Program-made: the position numbers and the translations under genes
Part shown: positions 1 through 10,000 of the stretch, in pieces
How positions within the stretch are numbered: the stretch's first letter is position 1
How the letters are laid out: each line of letters opens with the position of its first letter
The notes under the pieces: model-generated
Databases searched by the model: none
Told to the model about the DNA's origin: nothing
The model's input: the letters and a program-made list of their open reading frames with translations, nothing else
Source of the DNA: an uncultured Acidobacteriota bacterium
GTDB lineage: Bacteria > Acidobacteriota > Thermoanaerobaculia > Gp7-AA8 > CAVUJZ01
Direction: 5' to 3'
NCBI GenBank assembly: GCA_963741905.1
Contig: CAVUJZ010000012.1
Span: forward strand, 80,758 to 144,757
DNA length: 64,000 nucleotides

Positions 1-1487
1 TGGCCAGCCGTCCCGAGATCGAGCTGGATCTCGATCTGGCGAGAATCCGGGACCGGATCCGAACCTTCGACGGCATCGATCCTCTGGAGCCACCTTCCGG
101 CTTCCAGGGCGAGCTCCGCCCGTATCAGAAGGAAGGGCTGGGCTGGTTCGCCTTTCTCGAGGAGGTCGGATTCGGTGGTTGCCTGGCGGACGACATGGGA
201 CTGGGCAAGACCATTCAGGTTCTCGCCCTGCTCGAATCGCGGAGAGAGAAGGGGGTGGGGCGGCCGTCTCTCGTGGTGGTCCCACGCTCGCTGCTGTTCA
301 ACTGGCGGGAAGAGGCGCGTCGATTCACGCCCCGACTTCGGGTGATCGATCACACCGGCGCGGACCGGAAACGTCAGCAGCCCGATTTCTCGGATGCGGA
401 TCTGGTGCTGACGACCTACGGTACGCTGCGCCGGGACATCGGTCATCTTTCCGGGACAGCCTTCGACTATGTTGTTCTGGACGAGGCGCAGGCCATCAAG
501 AACTCCTCGACCCAGGCGGCGAGAGCGGTGCGTCTGCTCCACTCCTCGCACCGGCTCGCGCTCAGCGGAACCCCCATCGAGAACCATCTCGGTGAGCTGT
601 GGAGCCTGTTCGAATTTCTCAATCCGGGCATGCTCGGGCGCGCCGCGGCATTCCGCCGCTCGGCGATGACCCGGGGAGGAGATGACGCCTCCCGCGAGCT
701 TCTCCGGCGCGCACTCCGCCCGTTCATTCTTCGCAGAACGAAAGCCCAGGTGGCGCGCGATCTTCCGGAGAAGGTGGAGCAGACCGTGTTCTGTGATCTG
801 GAAGCCAGGCAGCGGAAGCTCTACGATGAGCTGCGGGATTTCTATCGGGAGTCGCTGCTCGGGAAGCTGGACTCCGACGGACTTCGCCGGTCACGCATCC
901 AGGTCCTCGAGGCGCTCCTCCGGCTGCGCCAGGCGGCCTGCCATCCCGGACTGATCGATCCCGCCCGACGAGGACATGCCAGTGCAAAGCTCGATGTGCT
1001 GATCCCGGAGATCCAGGTGGTGCTCGAAGAAGGCCACAAGGCACTGGTCTTTTCGCAGTTCACCTCCATGCTGAGTATTGTGAGGGAACGGCTGGAGGAA
1101 CTGGGCATCGATTACGGCTACCTCGATGGTAAGAGCCGGGACCGCCAGCAGCAGGTCGAGCGGTTCCAGAGCGATCCTGACCGGAAGCTGTTCCTGATCA
1201 GTCTTCGCGCCGGAGGCCTCGGATTGAATCTCACCGCGGCGGAGTACGTGTTCCTGCTCGATCCATGGTGGAATCCGGCGGTCGAAGCCCAGGCCATCGA
1301 CCGGGCGCACCGGATCGGACAGCAACGCAACGTCTTCGCCTATCGGCTGGTGGCACGGGATACGGTGGAAGAGAAGATCCTCGAGCTCCAGGGGTCCAAG
1401 CGGGACCTCGCCGATGCGATCATCAACGAGGACAACAGCGTGCTGGGCAACCTGAGTCTCGAAGACCTCGAGCTGCTGCTTTCCTGA
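1..1487 (+). CDS. SNF2/Swi2-family helicase, C-terminal ~495 aa (5' end outside window)
   Basis: Frame 3 is open from the window edge. Motifs: LRPYQKEG, ADDMGLGKT, LDEAQAIKN, LSGTPIEN, LDPWWNPAVEAQAIDRAHRIGQ. Confidence 0.9.
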   Translation, partial: ASRPEIELDLDLARIRDRIRTFDGIDPLEPPSGFQGELRPYQKEGLGWFAFLEEVGFGGCLADDMGLGKTIQVLALLESRREKGVGRPSLVVVPRSLLFNWREEARRFTPRLRVIDHTGADRKRQQPDFSDADLVLTTYGTLRRDIGHLSGTAFDYVVLDEAQAIKNSSTQAARAVRLLHSSHRLALSGTPIENHLGELWSLFEFLNPGMLGRAAAFRRSAMTRGGDDASRELLRRALRPFILRRTKAQVARDLPEKVEQTVFCDLEARQRKLYDELRDFYRESLLGKLDSDGLRRSRIQVLEALLRLRQAACHPGLIDPARRGHASAKLDVLIPEIQVVLEEGHKALVFSQFTSMLSIVRERLEELGIDYGYLDGKSRDRQQQVERFQSDPDRKLFLISLRAGGLGLNLTAAEYVFLLDPWWNPAVEAQAIDRAHRIGQQRNVFAYRLVARDTVEEKILELQGSKRDLADAIINEDNSVLGNLSLEDLELLLS

Positions 1488-1492
1488 ACACG

Positions 1493-1527
1493 AAAAAGCC
1501 CGGCAAGGCAGTCGTGCCTTGCCGGGC
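1493..1527 (-). terminator. Rho-independent terminator (hairpin usable on both strands)
   Basis: Perfect 13-bp stem GCCCGGCAAGGCA/TGCCTTGCCGGGC with a 4-nt loop. On the minus strand it is followed by TTTTT, just downstream of the 1550..2002 ORF. Confidence 0.6.
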
Positions 1528-1549
1528 CGTCAAACCGGATCGGATTGCG

Positions 1550-2002
1550 CTACTTCTTGAGTGCAGTCTGCATCTTCCTGATTGCTTCTTCCCGCCCCTT
1601 CTTCTCGGCAATCGTCTTGAATCTGGGGCGATCCGACTCGGGAATCTGCTTGATCAAAGAGATGTAACGGCCCTGGAGCGCGCGGGACGCCCGGGTTTCG
1701 GGGCTCAGATTGGGCTTGGCGCGGGTGCCCTTCTTCGCCGGAGCTGCGGCCGCCTTGCGGGAGCGGCGCGATGAAGCGGGTCGAGACGCTGCCGGTGCGG
1801 GAGCCGGGCTGGCATCTCCTTCCCGGGCGTCCTTGAGCATTCCCAGTCGCTGCTCGAGGTCCCGGATCTCGTCCTCCATCCGGTCGAGATACTCTGAGAT
1901 CTCCCGCTGATTGATCTTTCGATCTTCGGCCATCCGGGCAAGGACGTATTGCGCCTGGCCTGGACTGAGGGACTCTACCGCTGATGCATTCTTCATCCTC
2001 AT
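1550..2002 (-). CDS. Hypothetical basic protein: coiled-coil N-terminus, Ala/Pro/Ser/Arg linker, Lys/Arg-rich C-terminus
   Basis: ORF 1550..2125. The internal ATG at 2002 is preceded by GAGGAAAGG. No family recognised. Confidence 0.5.
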   Translation of the reverse strand: MRMKNASAVESLSPGQAQYVLARMAEDRKINQREISEYLDRMEDEIRDLEQRLGMLKDAREGDASPAPAPAASRPASSRRSRKAAAAPAKKGTRAKPNLSPETRASRALQGRYISLIKQIPESDRPRFKTIAEKKGREEAIRKMQTALKK

Positions 2003-2281
2003 GGGTCCTTTCCTCGAAGTTCTTCTGGATTGTCCTCTTCCACTGCTGGATGTCGACCTTTTACTGCCTCTCGAAGTCATACAGGTCTCGATTCCTGGTG
2101 CCGACTCTGTCCGGAACAGCACCATAGCTACATCCTAGCAAAGAAAAACTAAGGGGTAAATCAAATCCGGGGGTAAGGAAATTGCCTTACCTGTCACTCC
2201 TCTAGTGCAGGTTTGTCTCGAAAGGACTCACACCATCGAAAATTGGAGTGCGACTATGTCTGTGAAAGGAAGCCCCGCATC

Positions 2282-2602
2282 ATGAATCAAGAGCGATTGA
2301 GAAAGTTCTCAAACACCGCAGACCGGCCGAGTGAAGAGAAGACAGTGGCCGTCCTCGAACCGGATGAAGTGATGAATTTCGCTCGACTGGACGTCCTGGT
2401 GACCTTGTTCGACGGGGATCCCGATGCCTGGCTGGACCACATTGTCTCCCTTCCCGTCCATCCCGGGAGCATGAATGACGTCGTCTTTCTGCGCCAGGTC
2501 AAGCGTTGTCTCGATCGCAACACGGGGATGTCGCGGCGGCTGCGTGAGCTGGTTCGCGAGGTGAGAACGATTCTCGACGAACTTCAACCGGTTTCGAACT
2601 GA
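2282..2602 (+). CDS. Hypothetical protein
   Basis: ORF 2213..2602. The ATG at 2282 follows AAGGAAG. Locally lower GC. No recognisable motifs. Confidence 0.35.
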   Translation: MNQERLRKFSNTADRPSEEKTVAVLEPDEVMNFARLDVLVTLFDGDPDAWLDHIVSLPVHPGSMNDVVFLRQVKRCLDRNTGMSRRLRELVREVRTILDELQPVSN

Positions 2603-2650
2603 TCGCCTTTGATTGTCCGGTCACGATCGGGGAATCGCCGCAGCCCTGAA

Positions 2651-3307
2651 TCAGGCGCGCCGGCTCTTCTCCACGCAAATGCGTCGACGAGTGGCAGCCC
2701 ACGAACAGATGGGGCAGCGCTCCAGGTCGTGTCCCCGCGCCGGACAATGCTCCCGGCCGAAGTAGATCATCTGGAGATGAAGGCGCGACCAGCTGTCGCG
2801 CGGAAATACCCGTTTGAGGTCTTTCTCGGTCCGTTCCACGTTTTGTCCGCTGGACAGCCCCCACCGGGAGGCCAGCCGGTGAATGTGAGTATCCACCGGG
2901 AACGCCGGTTCGCCGAACGCCTGGGCCATGACCACGCTGGCTGTCTTGTGACCGACTCCCGGCAATGATTCGAGCTGTTCGAGTGAGCGCGGTACTTCAC
3001 CGCCGAACTGATCGAGCAGGATCTGCGAGAGGCGATGAATGTTCCGGGCTTTCCCTGGAGCGAGGCCACAACTGCGGATCAACTGGTGGATCTGCTCGAC
3101 GCTGAGTCGCGCCATCGCCCGCGGTGTCGCGCCGCGGCGAAACAGTTCCGGTGTGACCCGGTTGACCTGAGCGTCCGTGGTCTGAGCTGAGAGGAGTACG
3201 GCCACCAGAAGAGTGAACGGGTCGCGGTGAACGAGGGGAATCGGCGGCGCGGGATACCGCTCGTCGAGAATGCTCTGGATCTTCACCGCTTTGTCGGCTC
3301 GCTTCAC
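2651..3307 (-). CDS. nth: Endonuclease III (HhH-GPD base-excision glycosylase/lyase)
   Basis: Motifs: LLSAQTTD, LPGVGHKTASVV, VDTHIHR. C-terminal 4Fe-4S cysteine ligands CPARGHDLERCPIC. Confidence 0.9.
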   Translation of the reverse strand: MKRADKAVKIQSILDERYPAPPIPLVHRDPFTLLVAVLLSAQTTDAQVNRVTPELFRRGATPRAMARLSVEQIHQLIRSCGLAPGKARNIHRLSQILLDQFGGEVPRSLEQLESLPGVGHKTASVVMAQAFGEPAFPVDTHIHRLASRWGLSSGQNVERTEKDLKRVFPRDSWSRLHLQMIYFGREHCPARGHDLERCPICSWAATRRRICVEKSRRA

Positions 3308-3352
3308 CGGCCCATCCTAACCCCGGGGACCACGTCGATCCCGGACCGAAAG

Positions 3353-3817
3353 TCATCCGGCCGCGGGCTGGACGGTGACCCTTACCGATGCGATGGCCGG
3401 AGATCCGGACTCATCGACCCCTTCGACCTGAACATTGGCCGAGATCCGATCGAAGTAGCTGGCATCCGGAACCGTCTCTTTCGGACTCAGCGGGTACTCC
3501 ACCTGACGCCCCGCTTCGATCACGACCGGAACTCCCCGCTTCGCCAGTTCAGTCTGCTCCATCCTGTCGGAGTAGACCCGGAAGTTACCGGCGTAGACGT
3601 CGACGCTGACCTGTTGGACATTCACGGCACGTCCGCCGATGTTGGTCAGGGTGACGGTAAAGGGAAAACGGTAGACGGAGCCCGCCTCCGGATAGGCCAC
3701 GATCGGATTCGGATTCACCGCGATCCGGAGATTTCCCTGAGCGGGCTGAATTCCGGCGCCCGAGCTGCAGGAGAGTGCGGCGAACAGGAGCAGCATGAGG
3801 CTGGAAATCCTCTTCAT
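3353..3817 (-). CDS. Hypothetical lipoprotein
   Basis: Internal ATG at 3817 gives MKRISSLMLLLFAALSCSS (signal peptide plus lipobox Cys). The upstream part of the ORF is Arg/Pro-rich GC read-through. Confidence 0.6.
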   Translation of the reverse strand: MKRISSLMLLLFAALSCSSGAGIQPAQGNLRIAVNPNPIVAYPEAGSVYRFPFTVTLTNIGGRAVNVQQVSVDVYAGNFRVYSDRMEQTELAKRGVPVVIEAGRQVEYPLSPKETVPDASYFDRISANVQVEGVDESGSPAIASVRVTVQPAAG

Positions 3818-3854
3818 GCTGCCCCGTTGTGCATACCGCCTGCCACTGGATCGA

Positions 3855-4649
3855 TCACTGCTTCCGGATGGTGATGCCACCGTTGGTCGTACGCAGCCGG
3901 AGCAGGCGGCCGCCTCCGTTGATCGTTCCCGACACTCGTGTCCGGCTGAAGTGGGTGGAGGTGACCGGAAAGTCGGTGTCGATCGAGCCGTTCGTCGTGC
4001 CGGCGTCGACATCACCCCGGAAGTTCGCGGGCAGGACCACTCCGATCCGGCCGTTCGTCGTGGTGAAGCTCATGTCCTTCCCGTTGGTGACCTCGACGAG
4101 CTCGGCGTGAATCGAGCCGTTGGTGGTCGACGCGCTGACTGAACCTTTCAGATTGTTCAGGTCGATCGGTCCGTTGGTGGTCCCGAAGCTCAGTTCGCCG
4201 GAAAGATTCTCCGCCTCGACCCGGCCGTTGACCGTTTCCACCTCGACGTTGAAGTTCGAGGGCACGGTGACGCGATAGCTCACTTCGTACTCCACATGGG
4301 AACCGGCAAGCCAGTGAAGAAAACCCTCACCACCACTGCCGTTCGGCTTCCGCGTCTCGACGACCAGGGTATCTCCCTCCTGACGAACTTCGATCCGAAG
4401 CGCCTTCATCGCCTCACGGGCGTTGTCCCCGTGACCCTTGATGGTCTTCTCCGCCTCGATCCGGACCGCCGGCCGATCCCAGGACGTGACCTGAACGATT
4501 CCGTTCTCGTTCGACAGGACCAGCCGGGCACCCGGTTTGACCGTCCAGGTCTTGTCGAATTGTTCCGTCAGCCGTTCGGCCAGGGCGGTGGTGGCAAATG
4601 CCAGCATCAGCCCGGCGGCGAGCACCAGTACGTGGGATCGATTTCGCAT
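3855..4649 (-). CDS. DUF4097-type beta-repeat protein (putative adhesin fold), secreted
   Basis: Signal peptide. Repeated TTNG(S/P/R)I strands (STTNGSIH, FTTTNGRIG, AGTTNGSID, RTTNGGITI). Confidence 0.8.
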   Translation of the reverse strand: MRNRSHVLVLAAGLMLAFATTALAERLTEQFDKTWTVKPGARLVLSNENGIVQVTSWDRPAVRIEAEKTIKGHGDNAREAMKALRIEVRQEGDTLVVETRKPNGSGGEGFLHWLAGSHVEYEVSYRVTVPSNFNVEVETVNGRVEAENLSGELSFGTTNGPIDLNNLKGSVSASTTNGSIHAELVEVTNGKDMSFTTTNGRIGVVLPANFRGDVDAGTTNGSIDTDFPVTSTHFSRTRVSGTINGGGRLLRLRTTNGGITIRKQ

Positions 4650-4695
4650 GTGATACCTCCTCTGGGAGCAAGTACGCTGCGAAAGGGCCGGGGTT

Positions 4696-5647
4696 TCAAA
4701 ACGGGAGGATCAGACCCTCGCGCGCAACGCCGAAACCCGCATCCACAATCCGCCTGCAGGCCTCGCTCCGAGGATCGATCGCCGGATTGGTGTGGTTGAG
4801 GTGAATGAAGCGGATTCGCTTCCGGATCGACAGCGGCAGAGGCTGGAACCGCTTCATGCTCTCGACGATGAAGGGGTGCGGAATCTCCGCCATGTTTCTC
4901 CCGGGCAGCTCGCCTTCGGCGAAGAATGTTCCGTCGACCAGGGCCACGTCCACATCGCGAATCAGATCCTCGATCGGCGTGGAGAAACGCTCCCACTTGT
5001 CGATGTCCGGGATGTAGAGCAGCGACCCCTGGGGTCCCTCGATTCGAAATCCCACCGTCTCGCTGTACTCGTCGCGATGTGGGACCAGGAAGGGGACCAC
5101 CGAGATCCGGTCATTCAACGCGATCCTCCGGCCATCCTCCATCGGAACGAGACGGATATTGTGCAGGGTGAGGAGTTGGTCCCACGGGCCGTTCCGCGAG
5201 AGAAATGCGCGCATTCGTGGCATCGCGTAGACCGGGACCTCGGTCGCGCCGAGCGCCTCGCGTCCGAGGTACATCAGACCGGTGTAGTGACCGATGTGGG
5301 CGTGAGTCAGAAGCACGCCGTCGAGGCCGGGGGCCCTGCCGGTCGACCGGATGGATCCCGTCGAGCCGCCGGAGCTGCAATGGAAAGTCCGGGGTGGCAT
5401 CGATGACCCAGCGCTGATCGGAGACCGGATCGACGATCGCGAGCGAGGCCACCTGATGACGGAGCGACGGATCGTGTGCCGCGGCGATGCAGTCCGCGCG
5501 GGTGCACCCGATATGAGGATAGCCGCCATCCTGCGCAATGCCGAGAACGATCACGTAAGGCGACGACGGCTCGGACGTCGCGGCCGGAGGGGGGAGGATC
5601 GTGCATCCCACCAGCAGCAGAACCGGGAGCAGAACCCAACGTTTCAT
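4696..5647 (-). CDS. PqqB-like metallo-beta-lactamase-fold hydrolase (lipoprotein), one apparent frameshift
   Basis: N-terminal half (LLLVGC lipobox, DATPDFPLQL) lies in ORF 5111..5647. C-terminal half (LLTHAHIGHYTGL, PHRDEYSET) lies in ORF 4696..5538. The frames join as ...RQGPGLDGVLLTHAH if one G is removed from the G5 run at 5329-5333. Confidence 0.7.
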
Positions 5648-5803
5648 CCATTCACTCTACACCGCCTCTTCACCGCGCAGGACCATCCGGCGGTCCGGCT
5701 TCCCGTCGCGCGGGGAGTGAACTCCTGTCATACTGTGCCGGCATCGCGACCGGTGGCGAGCGGGTGGCGATGCGTCCGCGCCGGCACGCGCACTCCACCG
5801 AAC

Positions 5804-7021
5804 ATGCGCCGTCAATTCATCCGGACCTTTCAGGCCTTCCGCTACCGCGACTTCCGTCTGGTCTGGTTCGGCGCGTTCGTCTCCACCACCGGAACCTGGA
5901 TGCAGACGGTGGCGCAGAGCTGGGTGGTGCTCGACCTCACCGGCTCCCCCTTCTATCTCGGACTGGATGCGTTCCTCGCCACCTTCCCGATGATTCTCTT
6001 CTCTCTGGTGGGCGGGGTGATCGCCGACCGGATCGACCGGCGCAAGCTCCTGCTCGCCTCCCAGGTCCTGCAGATGACCTTCGCGCTCACCCTCGCCGGA
6101 TTGATCTGGTTCGGCGTCGTGGAGGTCTGGCACATCTTCGTTCTCTCCTTCCTGACCGGAACTGTGCAGGCGTTCGGAGGGCCGGCCTATCAGGCGCTGA
6201 TTCCACTGCTGGTCGAACGGGAAGACATGCCGAACGCGATCGCGCTGAATTCGATGCAGTTCAATCTCGCCCGGATGCTGGGTCCGGTGCTCGCGGGCCT
6301 GGCTCTGGCGGCATGGGGTGCGGCCGCCTGTTTCGGCCTCAACGGACTCTCTTTCATCGCGGTGATCGTGATGCTGGTGATCGTGAGCACGAGCTTCGTT
6401 CCGGAGCGGCAGAAAGGGCGGACGATCCTCGAGGACATGCGCGAGGGCTTCCATTTCATGGGAGACAACCGCGCGCTGATCCACCTCAGTTTCCTCGCCT
6501 TCGCCGGAACCTTTTTCGGGATTCCTCTGGTCACGATGTTGCCGGTCGTGGCGAAGGGAACCTTCGGGATGGGAGCGACCGTCTACAGTTGGATGATGAC
6601 CGCCTCGGGTGCAGGCTCGGTCACCGGCGCTCTGATCGTTGCGGGCGCCGGCTACGTGGAGAAAAAAGGGCGGCTCACCCTGATCTTTCAGCTCGCCTTC
6701 GCCGGATTCCTGCTGGCGTTCTCGTTTTCGCACGTCCTCTGGCTGAGCCTGGTGCTGCTGTTCTTCACCGGCGCCTCGCTGCTCGGGGTGATCGCGATGG
6801 TGAGCTCGCTGGTTCAGCTCGCGACGGAGGAGCGGATGCGGGGGCGGGTGATGTCGATTTTCATGATGGCGTTCCGCGGCGGGATGCCGCTGGGAAATCT
6901 GCTCGCGGGATGGATCGCGGAGCGATGGTCGGTGAGCCTCGCGCTCACGATCAACGCGGTGGCGCTCGGGGCGGTGGCGCTGGCCTATCTGGTGGGCTCA
7001 CCCCGGGTACGCCGGATGTGA
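5804..7021 (+). CDS. MFS transporter
   Basis: ATG at 5804 gives MRRQFIRTFQAFRYRDFRLVWFGAFVSTTGTWMQ, typical of EntS/MFS_3-like exporters. About 12 hydrophobic segments. The ORF part upstream of 5804 is antisense to the neighbouring gene. Confidence 0.85.
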   Translation: MRRQFIRTFQAFRYRDFRLVWFGAFVSTTGTWMQTVAQSWVVLDLTGSPFYLGLDAFLATFPMILFSLVGGVIADRIDRRKLLLASQVLQMTFALTLAGLIWFGVVEVWHIFVLSFLTGTVQAFGGPAYQALIPLLVEREDMPNAIALNSMQFNLARMLGPVLAGLALAAWGAAACFGLNGLSFIAVIVMLVIVSTSFVPERQKGRTILEDMREGFHFMGDNRALIHLSFLAFAGTFFGIPLVTMLPVVAKGTFGMGATVYSWMMTASGAGSVTGALIVAGAGYVEKKGRLTLIFQLAFAGFLLAFSFSHVLWLSLVLLFFTGASLLGVIAMVSSLVQLATEERMRGRVMSIFMMAFRGGMPLGNLLAGWIAERWSVSLALTINAVALGAVALAYLVGSPRVRRM

Positions 7022-7041
7022 CCCGTGTCAACGCCGCCGGT

Positions 7042-10000
7042 TCACTTCTTTTCCACCAGGATCCCGAGCTCGCGGATCTGATAAGCGAGGGACTGTCGCG
7101 AGATTCCGAGGATCTTCGCCGCCCGATTCTGATTGCCTGCCGCTTCGCTGAGGGAGCGCTCCACGAGGGTCCGGCGGAATCGGGTCACTTCGTCGTAATA
7201 GGTTCCGGCTCTTCGGGCGGTCAGGGAGACGCCGCGGAGGCGCTCGGGCAGATGCTCGAGATCGATTCGCCGCGCCTCGCCGGCAATGGCATGGGCGGCT
7301 CGCACCACGTTCTGCAGCTCCCGCACATTTCCCGGCCAGCGGTGAGAGAGGAAGGTCGCCTCGACCTCCGGTGAGAAGCGGTCCGGTCCGGAGCGGTGAA
7401 TTTCCTGCTCGTGCAGGAGGAAATGTCGCGCAAGGATCAGAATGTCGCCGCCTCGCTCCCGAAGGGGCGGAACCGCGAGATCCACGACCTTGATCCGATA
7501 GTAGAGGTCCTCCCGGAAGAGGCCCTCGTCCACGGCCTTTTCCAGCCGGCGGTTGGTGGCGGCGACGATGCGGACGTCGGCGCTGCGGTTGCTGGTCTCG
7601 CCCACCCGCCGGAGCTCGCCCTCCTGGAGAAATCGGAGCAGTTTCGCCTGGGAAGCGAGAGGCATCTCGCCGATCTCATCGAGAAACAGGGTTCCTCCGT
7701 CGCTCGACTCGATCAGACCGATCCGGTCGCGGTCCGCGCCGGTGAATGCTCCGCGAACATGACCGAACAATTCGCTTTCGATCAGCGTCTCCGGCAGCGC
7801 GGCGCAATTGACCGCGGTAAACGAGCGGCTCTTGCGCCGCGAGCCCTGATGGATCGCTCGCGCGACCAGCTCCTTTCCCGTTCCCGATTCCCCCTCGATG
7901 CAGACCGGGATGTCGCGTACGGCGACCCGAGCGATGCGATCGAGAATCTGGCGAATCGCTTTCGACTCGCCGACGATGCCGGCGATCTGACCCGCCGGCC
8001 GGTCCGCCACCGTCGACTGTTCCTGCTCGATCAGACGGCGGTAGTTGTGGTGCTCGGCGCGGAGCCGGATCAGAGAGCCCAGCGCGGCTCGAGATTCCAC
8101 GCTCATCTCGGACAGGCCTTCCAGATAGAACCACCGCCGTTCGCCCGCCGATACCCAATCGGCCGGGAGCTCGATCACCAGCGGCTCGAGATCCTCCTTC
8201 TCGAGAGGAGCCAGTGGGCCCACCTGCTCCCATGAGCCGAGCCGGTTGCGGCTGACCAGCCGCCATGCCCCATGGTCGAGCGCGTCGGGAGCGGGTGGAT
8301 AATCGGCGACGGCGAGGCGCCGCAAGAGGCGCAGCTCGATCCCATCGACCACGGCCTCTCCGCCCGGGACGGTCAGCTCCAGCGCGGCGGCGAGCCCATC
8401 GCGCCGACCCTCCAGCCCATGACCATACCCCCGGCGAAGCAGCGCCAGGATGGAGCGCAACAGGCGAGCCTTTTCCGCTCCGCCACCCGGCTCCGGCGGC
8501 GGGTCCTCACTTCCCCCCAGGCGCGAAGCTTCCCACTCTGCAAGCGAACGGGAGAACCCGTCCAGTCGATCATCCACCTGGCCCGTCAGCCGGGCCTGAT
8601 GGACCAGATGGCGGCGACGAAGCTCCACGCACGGAATCTCCGGCGAGGTGCGGAGAACCGAGAGCCGTCCGTCGATCCAGTCGCATTCGTCGAGAATCAG
8701 GTGCGCCGCGTGAGCGATGTCTCCGGAAACGCCGGAAGCGCTCAGGCGTGCTGCCCGCCGGCGCGCTTCGTCGAATTCGAGATGGCCCAGGGCGAGATGA
8801 GCCGAGAGCAGGTCCACCTCCGCCAGCCGACGCTCATCGCCATGCGACCGATAGAAGCGAGCCAGACGCTCGATCTCGCCCTCCGCCTCGCCCCACAGCC
8901 CTTCGTCGGCACAGAGATAGGCGAGGGTGAACAGAAATCCTCCGCCGGCACGATCCCCCTGGGTCTCCTCTACCAGCGAAAGCCCGCGCCGTGCGTTCTG
9001 ACGCGCCTCGTCCCACCGTCCGGCGAGAAAGAGGGCATAGACGAGGTCGAGCTCCGCGTCGATCCGATCGGCGAGGCCGGGCGACGACTCCACGGCGCGG
9101 CGGGCCTCCCCAATCGCCTTGTCGTAGGCTCCCTCGTCGAGGGCGACATAGGAACGCACCCGGGCAGCCTGATACCCGCCGGGACTGCTGGCCAGCCAGT
9201 CACGGTCCGGTGGACGGTTCATGTCCAGGGCGAGCATCGCCCGCTCGAACCTGAACGCGGGCCGGTCCGCGGGGGCCGCCAGCTCGTCGGCACGGTTCAA
9301 CGCCTCCTCTGCCGATCGGGTATCACCCCGCAGCCGGTGCAGCTCCGCCGCAAGCACGAGACCTTCGAACGACCGATTCTCCACGCTTGCCAGAGCCTCC
9401 AGCGCGGATGCGTAGTTCCCCAGGCGCCGTTCGATCTTCGCGACGACCAGCGGGCGGTCCGCAGCGTCGAGATGGTCGACCACCTCCCGCGCGTCGCGAT
9501 ACCGCCCTCGCGCGATCTGATCTTCACACCACAAGGCCGCGACACGGGGACAGGTGAGGATCAGCTCCCGCGGGAGGTTCAGCTCTTCGAAGCTCCACCC
9601 TGTGATCTCTTCGAGGCTCCTCTCCAGAAGCGATCGAGCTCTGGCTGCGTCGCCCGACTGCCATGCCAGAACCGACGCCCGCAGCAGATCGCCGGAGCGC
9701 TCGACGAGTTGGGCGGCGAGATGAAGCAGAGCCGTTCGCGACCCTTCGGGAAGATCGGACACCAGTTGCTGCCGGATCTCTTCCGACTCGAACTGGAAGC
9801 ACGAATCATCCAGCGACACCGCGGGCTCGAACGCGAGCTCTTCAGGATCGATCCTGGCGCCGAGCTCGCCGAGCAGGGTCGTGGCGAGGCTTCTGTCGAC
9901 CCGCCGCCCGATCAGAGCGAGCGCCGCCAGATAGGAACGGCCCGGCTCCTTGAGACCCTCGAGGCTCCCCCGCATCCGCGGATCCGGAATCTCGCATTCA

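Noticed and set aside
5476-7374. 632-aa ORF overlapping the MFS transporter gene in another frame; similar cases at 5657..6733, 8272..10272, 15157..17229, 26352..27920, 28410..29621, 30743..32212, 53116..54183, 54333..55499 and 61887..62969
   Set aside because: They are Arg/Pro/Gly-rich, lack motifs, and lie antisense or out of frame to genes with clear family signatures. These are typical stop-poor shadow ORFs of GC-rich DNA.
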